A stretch of 64,000 nucleotides of DNA from Thermoplasmatota archaeon (GCA_029259055.1 JAPDJP010000012.1:59883-123882); one strand, 5' to 3'. Positions 26,829-37,165 are shown, numbered from the stretch's first letter. The notes: generated from the letters alone by a model not told the origin. Translations and numbers: made by a program.

Positions 26829-29800
26829 CTATTTATGTTTTCTCCTTACCAAAAATATTGCTAAAGCCATTGCTATTGCAATAGCCAGTAATTCAAATCC
26901 TGGTGTTTCTGGAGCTGATTGCACATCTATTGTCTTTCTTGCTGAATAATACCCTTCTTTTTCTGCTGTTATAGTAATTGTGCCCTCCTTTTCAGGTGTA
27001 TATTTTATCTCTCCATTTGAATCTGTTGTTCCTATTGCCGCTCCATCTACTTTTACAAGAACACCATCAACAGGCTTACCTCCTCTGGTTGTAACTAGTA
27101 TTACTGCTTCCTTTCCTTTAACAAGCTTCTCTACAACGATTTGTAAACCGATCATTACATCTATTTCTCCAACTGCCTCTCCTTCTACTAATATCTTTAT
27201 TTTACCAGTTTGTAATGGTATTATACCAAATATTGCCTTTCCATTTTCGTCTGTTTCTCCTACCTTTATAGCATTTCCTCCACTTGTTGGAGTTATTATT
27301 TCGACATCAAGGCCAGCGCATCCTTCATTTGTTAATGGGTGTGTCACAACAATTGTTATCAGATTTTCTACACCTAAAAATGCTACTTTTTCTTTTGGTT
27401 CTTCAATTGTAACAGCTGGTGTAGTTACCTTTAGCACACCATACGCCTCTGCATATTCTCCTCCATCGGGCTTGAATTCGAAAGTAATATTTCCTACGTT
27501 AACTGCTGTAACATTTGTAATATTTCCTTTTCCATTTACTATATCGATGGTAATATTCTTACCAGCAACATATGCTTCATAACTTGCAACTTCCATTATT
27601 CCATATGCTTTCAGTGTACCATTAACTGGCTCATTCTCCCATGTTACTGTAAATGTTAATGTGATTTCCTTGTCAACATTTTTAACCAATAACCTTGGCT
27701 CAACACTTACACTTGCTTTTGTAACTTCAAATGATGGTTCCTTTCCAGTTTCAATATCATGTTTCCTATCTTTTGTACATACATATAGATAGTATTTTCC
27801 TGGCTCAGTTATTATATAATTTTTGAGTGTATAGTTTCCTTTACTTACCCTCGCAACAAGATCTGTTACATTGATTCCAACATCCTCAACATTTTTGCCT
27901 TCATGGAATTTTGTTAAAGCAGTTTCATTTAATATGTAGAAGTAGAAGTTTCCATCATAGCTCTTATTATCTTTAGTTATATTAATTTCATAATCTTGCT
28001 TGCTTCCAACTAATACTTTATCTGGAGAAAGAATAACTTCCAAATCATGAGCAGCCTCAGACGCAATGCATGCATAAGCGTATTGGACATCTGGCGCTCT
28101 AAATACTGCCATCGCAACAATATTAACTCCTGCTTTATCTGGTGTTATATTGGTAAATACAAATTCTCCTTGAGCATTGTATTCATTTTCTTTTTCTTTA
28201 ATCTTTTCCCATCCCACGGTACTTTCATAATAAGGAGGTATTTCATAGTATAAAATCAGATAATCAACTAAATTGATGGCATTACCTTCTGCTGTTTTTA
28301 CTATTGCTGAAATGTTATAAGTGTTGTCAACAATAACTTCTGTTGGACTAACTGTTAAATCTCCTCCCTTTACAATATTAACTACTTTTCCATCTTCTCC
28401 TTTATCAGGCCATGTAACATTTACATAAATCTTTCCATTTCCTTTTGTTGGAAATACTTTTATTTCCCAAGTACCTGTTGAATTATTAAATTCATATGCT
28501 CCTGGCGGTGGCGAATACAATATATCTCCTTCTATTTTGATAATGTCTGTAATATCTGCCCAATTTGTTAAATTAAAGGCATCTGGTGAACCAATTTCAT
28601 CAATTGACTCTCCATATATTTTAACATATAACACCCAAGTATTATTTGCTAAGTCTCTAACAGAAATATTCTCTGGTGTTACATATACATTGACTTTTGG
28701 AGGAGCAACAACTTCAAATGTTGTTTCTCCCACATACTCATATGTTTCATTGTCAACCATACTATTTCCTTCATAATTCTGTTTAATTCTTAATGTCCAT
28801 GTTCCTTTTTCTGGCCATTTCGCCTCAATTGCTAATTTGTAAGTATCTGTCAAAGATATGTTAAATACTTCTCCCATAACAGTTATTGAAACCGGCCCTT
28901 GTGTCAAATCAACATCTCCTGTGCTGTTTGATTCCTCTCCAAATGCTATTGTAATATTCGTTGGTTTTGACCAATCTATTGATACATTTGTATCATTATA
29001 TTTAACAATAAAGATTTTCTTACTTGGGAATCCCTGTCTTGCTTCGTCAGTAGAAACATCGGAGAATATTAACGTATTTGGCAATATCTTTGCCCATGCA
29101 TATCCTCCAAGCTCTGGAGTTGCATCTCCAGTAGTGTTTTTACTTGCAGTAATATTAAATATACCCACGCCCGGCAATCCCATAACATTTATTGTAAAGT
29201 TTGCTCCTGTTTGGTCTATAATGAGTTGGTCAGCTACGTTGTTATTGCCATTTTCATCAATCCAATATGTTACAATTTGGGCACCTTCTACATATTTTCC
29301 ATCCTTATCTTTAATTGTTACATCAAAATTATATCCCTCTGTTTGGCTCTTCTTTTGTTCAAATATGTAATGGGTTGGTGAAATTTCTATTGTTAGAGGT
29401 GATGGATTAACTTTAAAGAATATCTCCCATCCTTGTCCAACATCCTTTATTATCCAATTTCCTACGGTATCTAACAAAATATTCTCAAAAGTTGCCCTTC
29501 CTTCACTATCCGCTCTTCTTTGGGCAACTCTTTCCGTTTCTCCCGGCTTCCACAACTCTATTGTATCTCCAGGTGTCGCATTATAAATTTCCATAGTTAC
29601 TGTTTCTGTATAGTTAGCGGAAGAAGGTCTAACCTCAAAATTAGGAATAATCGTAAAGTTAAATTCTGCCGATTTATTGGTATTGCCATACATATCTTCT
29701 GCCCATATGTAATAGGTATATAAACCAGTAGTGTTATAAGAAGCATTGTAATAATAGCTTCCCTGATTCATTGTCTTATTTACATGGAATCCCTCTGGTC

Positions 29801-30497
29801 CGCTAATATCAACTTTTACAACCGTAACAGCAGTATTATCAGTTACATTGCAAGTTATATTTACATATTTTGTCGCTTTTTGTTGTTGTGGAGTTGCTTT
29901 TACCTCAGTTATTACTGGCGGGATAATATCCCATACGCTGTTTAACGCTCCTGGTGTTCCTCCTTCTACCAGGCTTTGCTTCCATTCATTATCAACTGTT
30001 CTTTCTGCGCTATAATTTTCAGCATAATTACCTGGATAATGTACAGAGTCCACTAACTCTCCTATTGAATTAGATAAATTTACCCAACCTCCAGTATCTG
30101 CTAATGATGTCCAATTTCCTTGTAAAATAGGGCAAGTAATATCTGGATAGCGACTCTGGAAGGCTGTTATGTTTTTTGCTACTATTAAATATTCGTTTCC
30201 GTCCAATATTCCGCTTAATACTGTATTTCCTCCAATTGTTCCATTTATAACCCATCCTGTTATATTTACTTCCTCTGTTCCGAGATTATAAATTTCTATC
30301 CATTCATAATCATCTGAACCTGCTGGATTATACATTATTTCATTAATTACAACATTTGTAGCTAATGCAACTGTTGCTCTATTTGCTGGAAATATTGCGA
30401 ATGCGCTTGCTATTATAGCTGCTATAATTACCAAACTTCCAACCTTTTTAATTAGCCTTTTTCCATACATTTTATTCCCCCTTCTATAAGTTGGCAT
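26829..30497 (-). CDS. Giant cell-surface protein: N-terminal signal/TM, lamin-tail domain (LTD), multiple Ig-like / carboxypeptidase-regulatory-like domains, C-terminal PGF-CTERM archaeosortase sorting signal
   Basis: 1222 aa. LTD signature VINEIMYNPAGSDDYEWIEIYN. C-terminus ...SAPETPGFELLAIAIAMALAIFLVRRKHK (PGF plus TM helix plus basic tail). CarboxypepD_reg-like ITAEKEGYYSARKTIDV. Confidence 0.75.
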   Translation of the reverse strand: MPTYRRGNKMYGKRLIKKVGSLVIIAAIIASAFAIFPANRATVALATNVVINEIMYNPAGSDDYEWIEIYNLGTEEVNITGWVINGTIGGNTVLSGILDGNEYLIVAKNITAFQSRYPDITCPILQGNWTSLADTGGWVNLSNSIGELVDSVHYPGNYAENYSAERTVDNEWKQSLVEGGTPGALNSVWDIIPPVITEVKATPQQQKATKYVNITCNVTDNTAVTVVKVDISGPEGFHVNKTMNQGSYYYNASYNTTGLYTYYIWAEDMYGNTNKSAEFNFTIIPNFEVRPSSANYTETVTMEIYNATPGDTIELWKPGETERVAQRRADSEGRATFENILLDTVGNWIIKDVGQGWEIFFKVNPSPLTIEISPTHYIFEQKKSQTEGYNFDVTIKDKDGKYVEGAQIVTYWIDENGNNNVADQLIIDQTGANFTINVMGLPGVGIFNITASKNTTGDATPELGGYAWAKILPNTLIFSDVSTDEARQGFPSKKIFIVKYNDTNVSIDWSKPTNITIAFGEESNSTGDVDLTQGPVSITVMGEVFNISLTDTYKLAIEAKWPEKGTWTLRIKQNYEGNSMVDNETYEYVGETTFEVVAPPKVNVYVTPENISVRDLANNTWVLYVKIYGESIDEIGSPDAFNLTNWADITDIIKIEGDILYSPPPGAYEFNNSTGTWEIKVFPTKGNGKIYVNVTWPDKGEDGKVVNIVKGGDLTVSPTEVIVDNTYNISAIVKTAEGNAINLVDYLILYYEIPPYYESTVGWEKIKEKENEYNAQGEFVFTNITPDKAGVNIVAMAVFRAPDVQYAYACIASEAAHDLEVILSPDKVLVGSKQDYEINITKDNKSYDGNFYFYILNETALTKFHEGKNVEDVGINVTDLVARVSKGNYTLKNYIITEPGKYYLYVCTKDRKHDIETGKEPSFEVTKASVSVEPRLLVKNVDKEITLTFTVTWENEPVNGTLKAYGIMEVASYEAYVAGKNITIDIVNGKGNITNVTAVNVGNITFEFKPDGGEYAEAYGVLKVTTPAVTIEEPKEKVAFLGVENLITIVVTHPLTNEGCAGLDVEIITPTSGGNAIKVGETDENGKAIFGIIPLQTGKIKILVEGEAVGEIDVMIGLQIVVEKLVKGKEAVILVTTRGGKPVDGVLVKVDGAAIGTTDSNGEIKYTPEKEGTITITAEKEGYYSARKTIDVQSAPETPGFELLAIAIAMALAIFLVRRKHK

Positions 30498-30674
30498 CTA
30501 AAATACTTATCCTTTTTTAATCTTTTCTTTTTTATTCTCATTTTCGGAACAGATTAGAATTCTATCCCTTTTTATAAACATTTTGTTTTTTTCTGATTTA
30601 TTTTAAGATGCCTTTATAAATAGTTGATTAAAGATAAATAATTAAAATTATATACCAAAAACTGAATCAGCATC

Positions 30675-31097
30675 ATGAAATATGATTATGATGAATTGCT
30701 TAAAAGAGCATTGGATGCATTACCTAAAGATATTGTCGTAAGGGAACGCTTTCAGATGCCAAAGGGAGTAATCTTTCATGAAGGAAATACAACCATCTTA
30801 AAAAATTTGGGGGAAATTGCGGACAAATTGAATAGAGATATAGAGCAAATTTTTTCTTACTTATTAAAGGAGTTGGGAACTGCTGGGGAGATAGATGGGG
30901 AAAGAGCCATTTTTCAAGGTAAAATACCAGAAAATAGATTGCAAGAAAGAATAGAAAAATATGTAAAAAGATATGTTTTGTGCAGGGAATGTGGCAGACC
31001 CGACACTAAATTAATAAGAAGAAATAGGACTTTGATGTTGAAATGCGAGGCTTGCGGAGCTATTCATCCGGTTGGGGGAAAAATAAGGAAGGAATGA
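30675..31097 (+). CDS. Translation initiation factor 2 beta subunit (aIF-2beta)
   Basis: 140 aa. C-terminal C2-C2 zinc ribbon CRECGRPDT...CEACGA. Overall aIF2-beta family pattern. Confidence 0.9.
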   Translation: MKYDYDELLKRALDALPKDIVVRERFQMPKGVIFHEGNTTILKNLGEIADKLNRDIEQIFSYLLKELGTAGEIDGERAIFQGKIPENRLQERIEKYVKRYVLCRECGRPDTKLIRRNRTLMLKCEACGAIHPVGGKIRKE

Positions 31098-31099
31098 CT

Positions 31100-32110
31100 T
31101 TATTCATACCAAGTCCATAAATTATGGGCAAAAAAATTCCATATAAAAGCTACTGATATTCCTACAATATTTGCTTTTAATGGATGTATGCCAATTTTTA
31201 CAAGCATAAGGAGAATGATAACATTTAGGGATAAGCCTACTAAACAGGCGAAATTAAATTTTCCTAGTCTTTTTAAATATTCTTTAAGTTTTTTCTGTCC
31301 CCTGTCTTTGAAAGTCCATAATTCATTCAATAAAAACGTCCACAAAATCGAAGTTTCAACGCTTATAAGACTTGCTAATATAAGAAAAAAATTGTATTTT
31401 AATAATAACCATAAAAGAAACTCATTTAGCAAAACCCCACTGCCTCCAACTATTCCAAATTTAAAAAACCGATGAATCTCCCCTTCTTTCCATGCAATCT
31501 TTAATAGATGGCGAGAATATTTTGAATAACTTTCTTTTGTTTTTATAGCATTTTTTAAATGAATAGGTATTTCTTTTACGTTTTCATATTTTCCTTTATG
31601 AAGGATTTCAAGAAGGATTTTTGAACCTAAGGGACGAATCTTTATATCTTTTATTACCTCTCTTCTAAACATAAAAATTTCTGAAAGAGGGTCATCAACG
31701 ATTCTGCTTTTTGGAAATAGCAAATTAACAAAAATTTTTGCTATCGAAGATTTATTCTTCCTTTTACCTATAACTAAATCGGCTCCATTTTCTATTATTT
31801 CTTTCATTTCTGCTACACATTTTTCAAAATTCTTCAATTCATCATTTAATAAAGCAATATAATCTCCGTTACTTATTTCAAAGCATTTTATAATAGATGA
31901 CGCCAGATCATTTTCCTTAATAAATTTAACATTTCTTATATTATTTTTAATTGACTCATCCACTTTAAATGGTTTACCTATAATAAAAATTTCATGAGCA
32001 TGTTCAGCAACTTTATCAATAATATTGCATAAAATGTTAGGATTTTTTCCATGTAAAATTATTGTAATTTTTTTTACTTCCTTATTTTTATTTATTTCCC
32101 TCGCTCTCAA
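31100..32110 (-). CDS. Glycosyltransferase family-2-like domain fused to a GtrA-like transmembrane domain (dolichyl-phosphate sugar synthase-like architecture)
   Basis: 336 aa. C-terminus FKFGIVGGSGVLLNEFLLWLLLKYN...LWTFKDR is GtrA-like. N-terminal Rossmann-like region with a weak, non-canonical DXD region. Confidence 0.5.
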   Translation of the reverse strand: MRAREINKNKEVKKITIILHGKNPNILCNIIDKVAEHAHEIFIIGKPFKVDESIKNNIRNVKFIKENDLASSIIKCFEISNGDYIALLNDELKNFEKCVAEMKEIIENGADLVIGKRKNKSSIAKIFVNLLFPKSRIVDDPLSEIFMFRREVIKDIKIRPLGSKILLEILHKGKYENVKEIPIHLKNAIKTKESYSKYSRHLLKIAWKEGEIHRFFKFGIVGGSGVLLNEFLLWLLLKYNFFLILASLISVETSILWTFLLNELWTFKDRGQKKLKEYLKRLGKFNFACLVGLSLNVIILLMLVKIGIHPLKANIVGISVAFIWNFFAHNLWTWYE

Positions 32111-33392
32111 CCCTCCTCACCTTTAAAACGAGTCTATTTTGTCCAACCACAATGATTTCCTCCCCTTTGTTTATTTCTTCCTCCGCCTCAGCCTGCCAAA
32201 TTTCTCCTTTTACCTTTACTTGCCCTTTTCTTTTTATATCTGTTATTGCTATTCCTTTTTCTCCAACCAAATCTCCTTCCCCGATTTTCGGTTTCACTTT
32301 TCTTGCTTTTATTGCTTTTGCTAAAGCATAGGAAAAGAAAATCGTTAGAAATATTGCTATAACTAAACTTGCTATTCTGAAAGTTGTAAACCAACTTAAA
32401 GGCATTTCGTGCATTGCTTCCCCAGCTGGAATTAGCATTATTCCAAATATAAGGGTAATGATTGCTGCGGTTGTCCAAAAGCCGAAAGTCGGGGTTAGAG
32501 CTTCTATTATGAAAAAAATGATTGCTAATGAAATCAATAAAATACCAGTAACGTTTATTCCAATATATGATAAACCATATAAAGATAAAATAATGCAAAT
32601 TGCTCCTATTGTTTCAGGTAAATGAAAACCAGGCGTCATAAATCCAAATATCAAGCCAAACAATCCTATTATTAAAAGTAAAGATGCGATTTGTGGGTCT
32701 GATAAATAATTTATGAATTTATCTCTTATTCCCCATTTTATATATTCAATTTTTACATTTTTTATTATAATTTTATTGGAATTGATATATGTCCCATTTA
32801 TTTTTTTAATTAACTCTTCAACATCATTTGCAATATACTCAATTACATTTGCTTCTAAAGCTTCCTTTTCATTTAAAGCTGTATTATTTCTTACAAATTT
32901 TTCAGCCATTGTTGCATTTCTTCCATGAGCTAAAGCTAAAGATTTAATTAAGGCAGCATATGCATTTATTTCCTTTTCATCTGCTTTTTCGGGCAAACCA
33001 GTTGCGGGATTTATTAAACGAGGTTGACAAGCTCCGATAACTGTTGCGTTTGCCATCGCTGCAATATCAGATGCCATTAATATGAAAGTGCCGGCGGAAA
33101 AGGCGTTGGCGCCTGAGGGGGCGACATATATTATAACTGGTACTTTCGCATTTTCAATCTTTTTTATAATGTTTTCCATTGAATTTGCCAATCCTCCATT
33201 TGTATCTAGCATTATAATTAAAGCAATGCCATCTTTTTCGGCGGTGTTTATTGCTTTTTCAAATTGATTTTCTGTTCCTCTACCAATCATTCCCTCTATC
33301 TTCGCTACATATATTTTTTGTGAATTCACAGCATTTACTAAAGTATTTATCGAAAGGAATAAAATCATAAATATTATGAATTTCTTCATCAT
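32088..33392 (-). CDS. NfeD-like membrane-bound ClpP-class serine protease (stomatin operon partner protein family)
   Basis: 434 aa. Signal peptide, ClpP-like domain (...IIMLDTNGGLANSM...APSGANAFSAGTFILMASD...), 4-5 TM helices, C-terminal OB-fold (GEIWQAEAEE...). Confidence 0.75.
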   Translation of the reverse strand: MMKKFIIFMILFLSINTLVNAVNSQKIYVAKIEGMIGRGTENQFEKAINTAEKDGIALIIMLDTNGGLANSMENIIKKIENAKVPVIIYVAPSGANAFSAGTFILMASDIAAMANATVIGACQPRLINPATGLPEKADEKEINAYAALIKSLALAHGRNATMAEKFVRNNTALNEKEALEANVIEYIANDVEELIKKINGTYINSNKIIIKNVKIEYIKWGIRDKFINYLSDPQIASLLLIIGLFGLIFGFMTPGFHLPETIGAICIILSLYGLSYIGINVTGILLISLAIIFFIIEALTPTFGFWTTAAIITLIFGIMLIPAGEAMHEMPLSWFTTFRIASLVIAIFLTIFFSYALAKAIKARKVKPKIGEGDLVGEKGIAITDIKRKGQVKVKGEIWQAEAEEEINKGEEIIVVGQNRLVLKVRRVESEGNK

Positions 33393-33796
33393 GTAATCAT
33401 GTTACTTACTACTCCTAAACAGCTATTAAAGATGATATCAATTTTATCTTTGTATTTTTCAATTATATCTAAGTTTTCTGACCCAGGTTGAAACCATATA
33501 ACTTTTGCCTTTATTTCAATGGCATCTTTTATTATTGGTTCAACATATTCAGGATTTCTAAAAACATCTACAATATCTATTTTTTCTTTTATTTCTTTTA
33601 AGGATGAATAAACATTTTTATTAAGAATTTTTTCTCCAGCATATTTTGGATTGACCAAAAATAAATTATATTTATCTCTTATTTGTTCTGCAATTTTGTA
33701 GCTGGCTCTCTCCGTATTTTTAGAAATACCTACTATAGCAACATTTTTTGCATTGCTTGCTATTTTAATTATTTCCTCTGGTTTGGTAATGAGCAT
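33389..33796 (-). CDS. CoA-binding domain protein (YccU/YneT-like)
   Basis: 135 aa. KNVAIVGISKNTERASYKIA is the typical CoA-binding Rossmann N-terminus. Confidence 0.7.
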   Translation of the reverse strand: MLITKPEEIIKIASNAKNVAIVGISKNTERASYKIAEQIRDKYNLFLVNPKYAGEKILNKNVYSSLKEIKEKIDIVDVFRNPEYVEPIIKDAIEIKAKVIWFQPGSENLDIIEKYKDKIDIIFNSCLGVVSNMIT

Positions 33797-33898
33797 GGTA
33801 TTATATAGTCAATTTATAAGATTTTTTTGATTAGCTAAATATTTTAGCTTTAAAATTTAAAAACAACTTGCCTATTACTTTTAAGCGAGGTGGTATGA

Positions 33899-34480
33899 AT
33901 GAGTAGAATAAGGGTTTTATTTATGATAATTTTATTAATGTCCCTTTCTTTTGCGCCATTAATTGAAAAAGAAAGCTCCGCAAAAAATGACTTAGCATCG
34001 GAAGAAAAAGAACTAAATATAAAAGAATTTTTAAATAAACCACTTGCAAAACCCATTGTATCCTCCTTTCTTCTAGCTCCTATGTGCAGAATAAAAGCCA
34101 TTTTTATAGGAGGAGGCAATTTTAGAGTCGGCTTCCCTATATTTGGGTTATTTAAATTATTAAGTTGGAAGGGCTTTTCTGCAGATATTATAAACGCATG
34201 CTGGGGCGTTTTTGGTATTGTTGAAACGGATGGAACGGTAAGACAACATATTTTGTTTGCGGTACCTTGTTTCATGAGCATAATAGGGTTTGTAGGCACC
34301 CATATAAGAATACCTATGGTATTAGACTATTATGATGGATACGCAGCCCTAACATTTGCTTTAGGATTAGGTTTTCATAGCATTAGTCTTAGCCCTCCAA
34401 CAATGATTTTGCTTGGTCTATTAGGAGGTATAATACTTGGAATAGTATTAGCAACTTTATTTACAGGTGAGCAAACATAA
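33899..34480 (+). CDS. Hypothetical membrane protein
   Basis: 193 aa with a signal-like N-terminus and several hydrophobic helices. Preferred over the overlapping antisense ORF 33850..34299. Confidence 0.35.
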   Translation: MSRIRVLFMIILLMSLSFAPLIEKESSAKNDLASEEKELNIKEFLNKPLAKPIVSSFLLAPMCRIKAIFIGGGNFRVGFPIFGLFKLLSWKGFSADIINACWGVFGIVETDGTVRQHILFAVPCFMSIIGFVGTHIRIPMVLDYYDGYAALTFALGLGFHSISLSPPTMILLGLLGGIILGIVLATLFTGEQT

Positions 34481-34536
34481 AATAGTAACATAAAACAAAT
34501 TCGATACCAATTTAAAGATAATTAATTTACCAATTA

Positions 34537-35724
34537 ATGGATTACGAGATACTGTGGGAAAGAGAATATAAAAATGGATATGCAAATTGTAGGGTAGCGG
34601 TTGATTCAAAGGATAATATATTGGTTTGTGGTATTGATCGAAACTATAGAGGAATGGTTTTAAAATATGATAAAAATGGCAATTTATTATGGGTGGATCA
34701 CACCTTGCCCAGAATATATAAAAAGGATTTATTTAATCATAAAAACTTGAAAAGCTGTATAGCAGGAGAAATAGAAAGTAGTTTTGGAGGATTTTTAGAT
34801 ATAGATATTAATGAAAATGACGAAATAGCAGTCGTTGGCTCGTTTTATAAATCAAGTGGAGAAAAATGCATCGTTTATATAAAAAAATATGATTCCAATG
34901 GAAAAAAATTATGGGATAAGAGATTTTCTTTATTCCAATATAATCAATCAACAGGAATAAAATTTGATAATAGAGGAAACATTTTCATTGTCGGATATGG
35001 TGGCAATTTAAGGCCACCAATTTTAAGAGGATTTATTGCAAAATTTTCTCCTGACGGAAAAATATTATGGTGGAATAAACTGGGAAAAATTGGGAGAATT
35101 TTTACTGGTTATACAACTTTAGATATAGGTAATTATATATACGTTGCTGGAATAACCGCTGGAATAAAAGAATATAATTTAATTTTAGCAAAATTTAGGG
35201 AAAGATGGAAAATAAAAGATAAAATAATAAGTGGGAGAGTTCTTCCTGGAAAATTAATAATGGATAAAGAGGGAAATTTAATTGTTGTTGGTCAAAAGGA
35301 AAATGGAGGATACAGACATTATATTGCAAAATTTAGCCCACAATTTGACATTATATGGGAAAAGGAGGGAATTGACGGCGGATTGTATGATGCATGTATG
35401 ATAAAATATGGAACAGCTACTACTGGTAAAATAATGGAAAATAAATATTATGCTGCCATTTATGGTAATAGAGGGGAAAAATTGCTTGATATTTTTTTAG
35501 GAAATTTAATCAGTAACGGGAAGGATGTAAATGATTGGATGAGAGGAATAGCTGTTGATAGCATGAACAATGTAATTGTTGCGGGAGGTGCGCCTGTGCC
35601 CAAACTTTTTAAGGTTATGATAAAAGAGCATATGGAATATCCTGAGAGGAGGAAAATCGTAAAAAAGCATACTAAATCCTTTTTTGATTTTATTATTAGG
35701 TTTTTAAGGAGGTTATTTGGTTAG
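34537..35724 (+). CDS. Beta-propeller repeat protein (SBBP/PQQ-like repeats), no signal peptide
   Basis: 395 aa with ~6-7 repeats of the pattern D..GN..VVG........I.KY...G..LW. Confidence 0.5.
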   Translation: MDYEILWEREYKNGYANCRVAVDSKDNILVCGIDRNYRGMVLKYDKNGNLLWVDHTLPRIYKKDLFNHKNLKSCIAGEIESSFGGFLDIDINENDEIAVVGSFYKSSGEKCIVYIKKYDSNGKKLWDKRFSLFQYNQSTGIKFDNRGNIFIVGYGGNLRPPILRGFIAKFSPDGKILWWNKLGKIGRIFTGYTTLDIGNYIYVAGITAGIKEYNLILAKFRERWKIKDKIISGRVLPGKLIMDKEGNLIVVGQKENGGYRHYIAKFSPQFDIIWEKEGIDGGLYDACMIKYGTATTGKIMENKYYAAIYGNRGEKLLDIFLGNLISNGKDVNDWMRGIAVDSMNNVIVAGGAPVPKLFKVMIKEHMEYPERRKIVKKHTKSFFDFIIRFLRRLFG

Positions 35725-36764
35725 TTTACATAAATTTTAAGTTTCGGGATTTCTACTCCCTTTCCCTTTTTTACCATACCAACAATTTTTGCTTCTACAT
35801 ATTTATTTAATATATCCAAAGCGGTGTCAACATCTTCTCTTGATAAAATGATTGCCATTCCCATTCCCATATTAAATGTTTGATACATTTCTTTATCACT
35901 TATTTTGCCTAATTTTTGTATTATTTTAAAAATCGGCTGAGGTTGCATTGGCTCCTCTATACAAAAACAAACTTCTTGGTTCACTCTTTTTAATTTTCTT
36001 AATCCTCCTCCAGTTATATGTGCTATTCCTTTTATATCAATTTCATTCCACAAATGCAAAATCTCTTTTACATAGATTCTGGTTGGCTTTAATAACTCAT
36101 TTCCAATTACTCCAATTTCTTCAATTTCGTCTTGAAAAGAATAACCATTTTCCTTAAACACTTTTCTTGCTAAGGTATATCCATTAGAATGTAAGCCATT
36201 ACTTTTTAATCCTATTATAATATCTCCTTCTTTTATCTCATTAAATTTCTTTTCTATGATTCCTAAACAAGTACCAGCTAAATCAAATCCTCTTATTATT
36301 TCTGGCAGGGTGGCTGTTTCTCCTCCTATTATTTCTATTCCTGATTCTTCCGCACCTTTTTTTAATCCTTTTGCAATTTCTTTTGCTTTCTCAACGTCCA
36401 TTTTTTCCATCGCTAGATAATCAACAAAAGCTAAAGGTCTGGCTCCAAGAACAAGACAATCGTTAACATTCATTGCAATGCAGTCTATGCCTATTGTATC
36501 CCATTTTTTCATTTCATTTGCAACTATTACTTTTGAGCCAACGCCATCTGTGCAGAGAACAAATTTCATCCCATTTACTTCTATTCGATTTTTCCTTCCT
36601 AGTATATCCAACACATTTTTAACTACATCTTCTTCTTTATCAATATCAACACCCGCTTTTGCATAAGTAAATTCCATAAATGGTTTAATGCTGGAATTAT
36701 TTTTATATATTACTTTTGTATTGGGTTGCAATGACAACAGCGTATGATGTTCCAGCTGAGCCAT
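35721..36764 (-). CDS. purM: Phosphoribosylformylglycinamidine cyclo-ligase (AIR synthetase) PurM
   Basis: FTYAKAGVDIDKEED matches the PurM N-terminal signature (S/TYKDAGVDID). PurM/AIRS N- and C-domain pattern. The true start is likely MEFTYAKAG (~36677). Confidence 0.85.
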   Translation of the reverse strand: MAQLEHHTLLSLQPNTKVIYKNNSSIKPFMEFTYAKAGVDIDKEEDVVKNVLDILGRKNRIEVNGMKFVLCTDGVGSKVIVANEMKKWDTIGIDCIAMNVNDCLVLGARPLAFVDYLAMEKMDVEKAKEIAKGLKKGAEESGIEIIGGETATLPEIIRGFDLAGTCLGIIEKKFNEIKEGDIIIGLKSNGLHSNGYTLARKVFKENGYSFQDEIEEIGVIGNELLKPTRIYVKEILHLWNEIDIKGIAHITGGGLRKLKRVNQEVCFCIEEPMQPQPIFKIIQKLGKISDKEMYQTFNMGMGMAIILSREDVDTALDILNKYVEAKIVGMVKKGKGVEIPKLKIYVN

Positions 36765-37165
36765 TAATAAGAAAATTAGCAGATAAGTTAAAAAATGAAT
36801 TTAAAATCCAGCCCCCGGAATGGGCTAAATGGGTGAAGACGGGAGCGCATAAAGAGCGCCCTCCGGAGGATCCGGATTGGTGGTATGTGAGGGTTGCATC
36901 GGTTTTGAGGAAGGTGTATATGAGAGGACCAATAGGAGTATCGAGGCTAAGAGGGATGTATGGAGGGAAAAGAGATAGGAGAGTTAAACCTTATAAGCAC
37001 GTTAAAGGGAGTGGTTCAATAGCAAGAAAAGCTTTGCAACAGTTAGAAGAGCTCGGTCTTGTGGAAAAAGTTGAGGGTAAGGGAAGAAGAATTACGCCAA
37101 AAGGTCAATCATTGGTTGATAATACAGCCCATGAGGTAGCTCAGGAAATAGGAAGTTTTATATAG
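36716..37165 (+). CDS. rps19e: 30S ribosomal protein S19e
   Basis: Strong S19e pattern (PEWAKWVKTGAHKERPPEDPDWWYVRVASVLRKVYM...). The true start is probably MTTAYDVP. Confidence 0.9.
   Translation: MYWVAMTTAYDVPAEPLIRKLADKLKNEFKIQPPEWAKWVKTGAHKERPPEDPDWWYVRVASVLRKVYMRGPIGVSRLRGMYGGKRDRRVKPYKHVKGSGSIARKALQQLEELGLVEKVEGKGRRITPKGQSLVDNTAHEVAQEIGSFI

Noticed and set aside
33850-34299. 149-aa minus-strand ORF overlapping the plus-strand 193-aa membrane-protein ORF
   Set aside because: The plus-strand ORF has a signal-like start and coherent TM helices and fits the divergent gene arrangement. The minus ORF is compositionally odd and has no upstream partner.
35721-36764. Considered HypE (hydrogenase maturation, PurM-like fold) because hyp genes occur in the window
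   Set aside because: The N-terminal signature FTYAKAGVDID matches PurM (AIR synthetase), not HypE, and there is no C-terminal HypE Cys motif. It was called purM.
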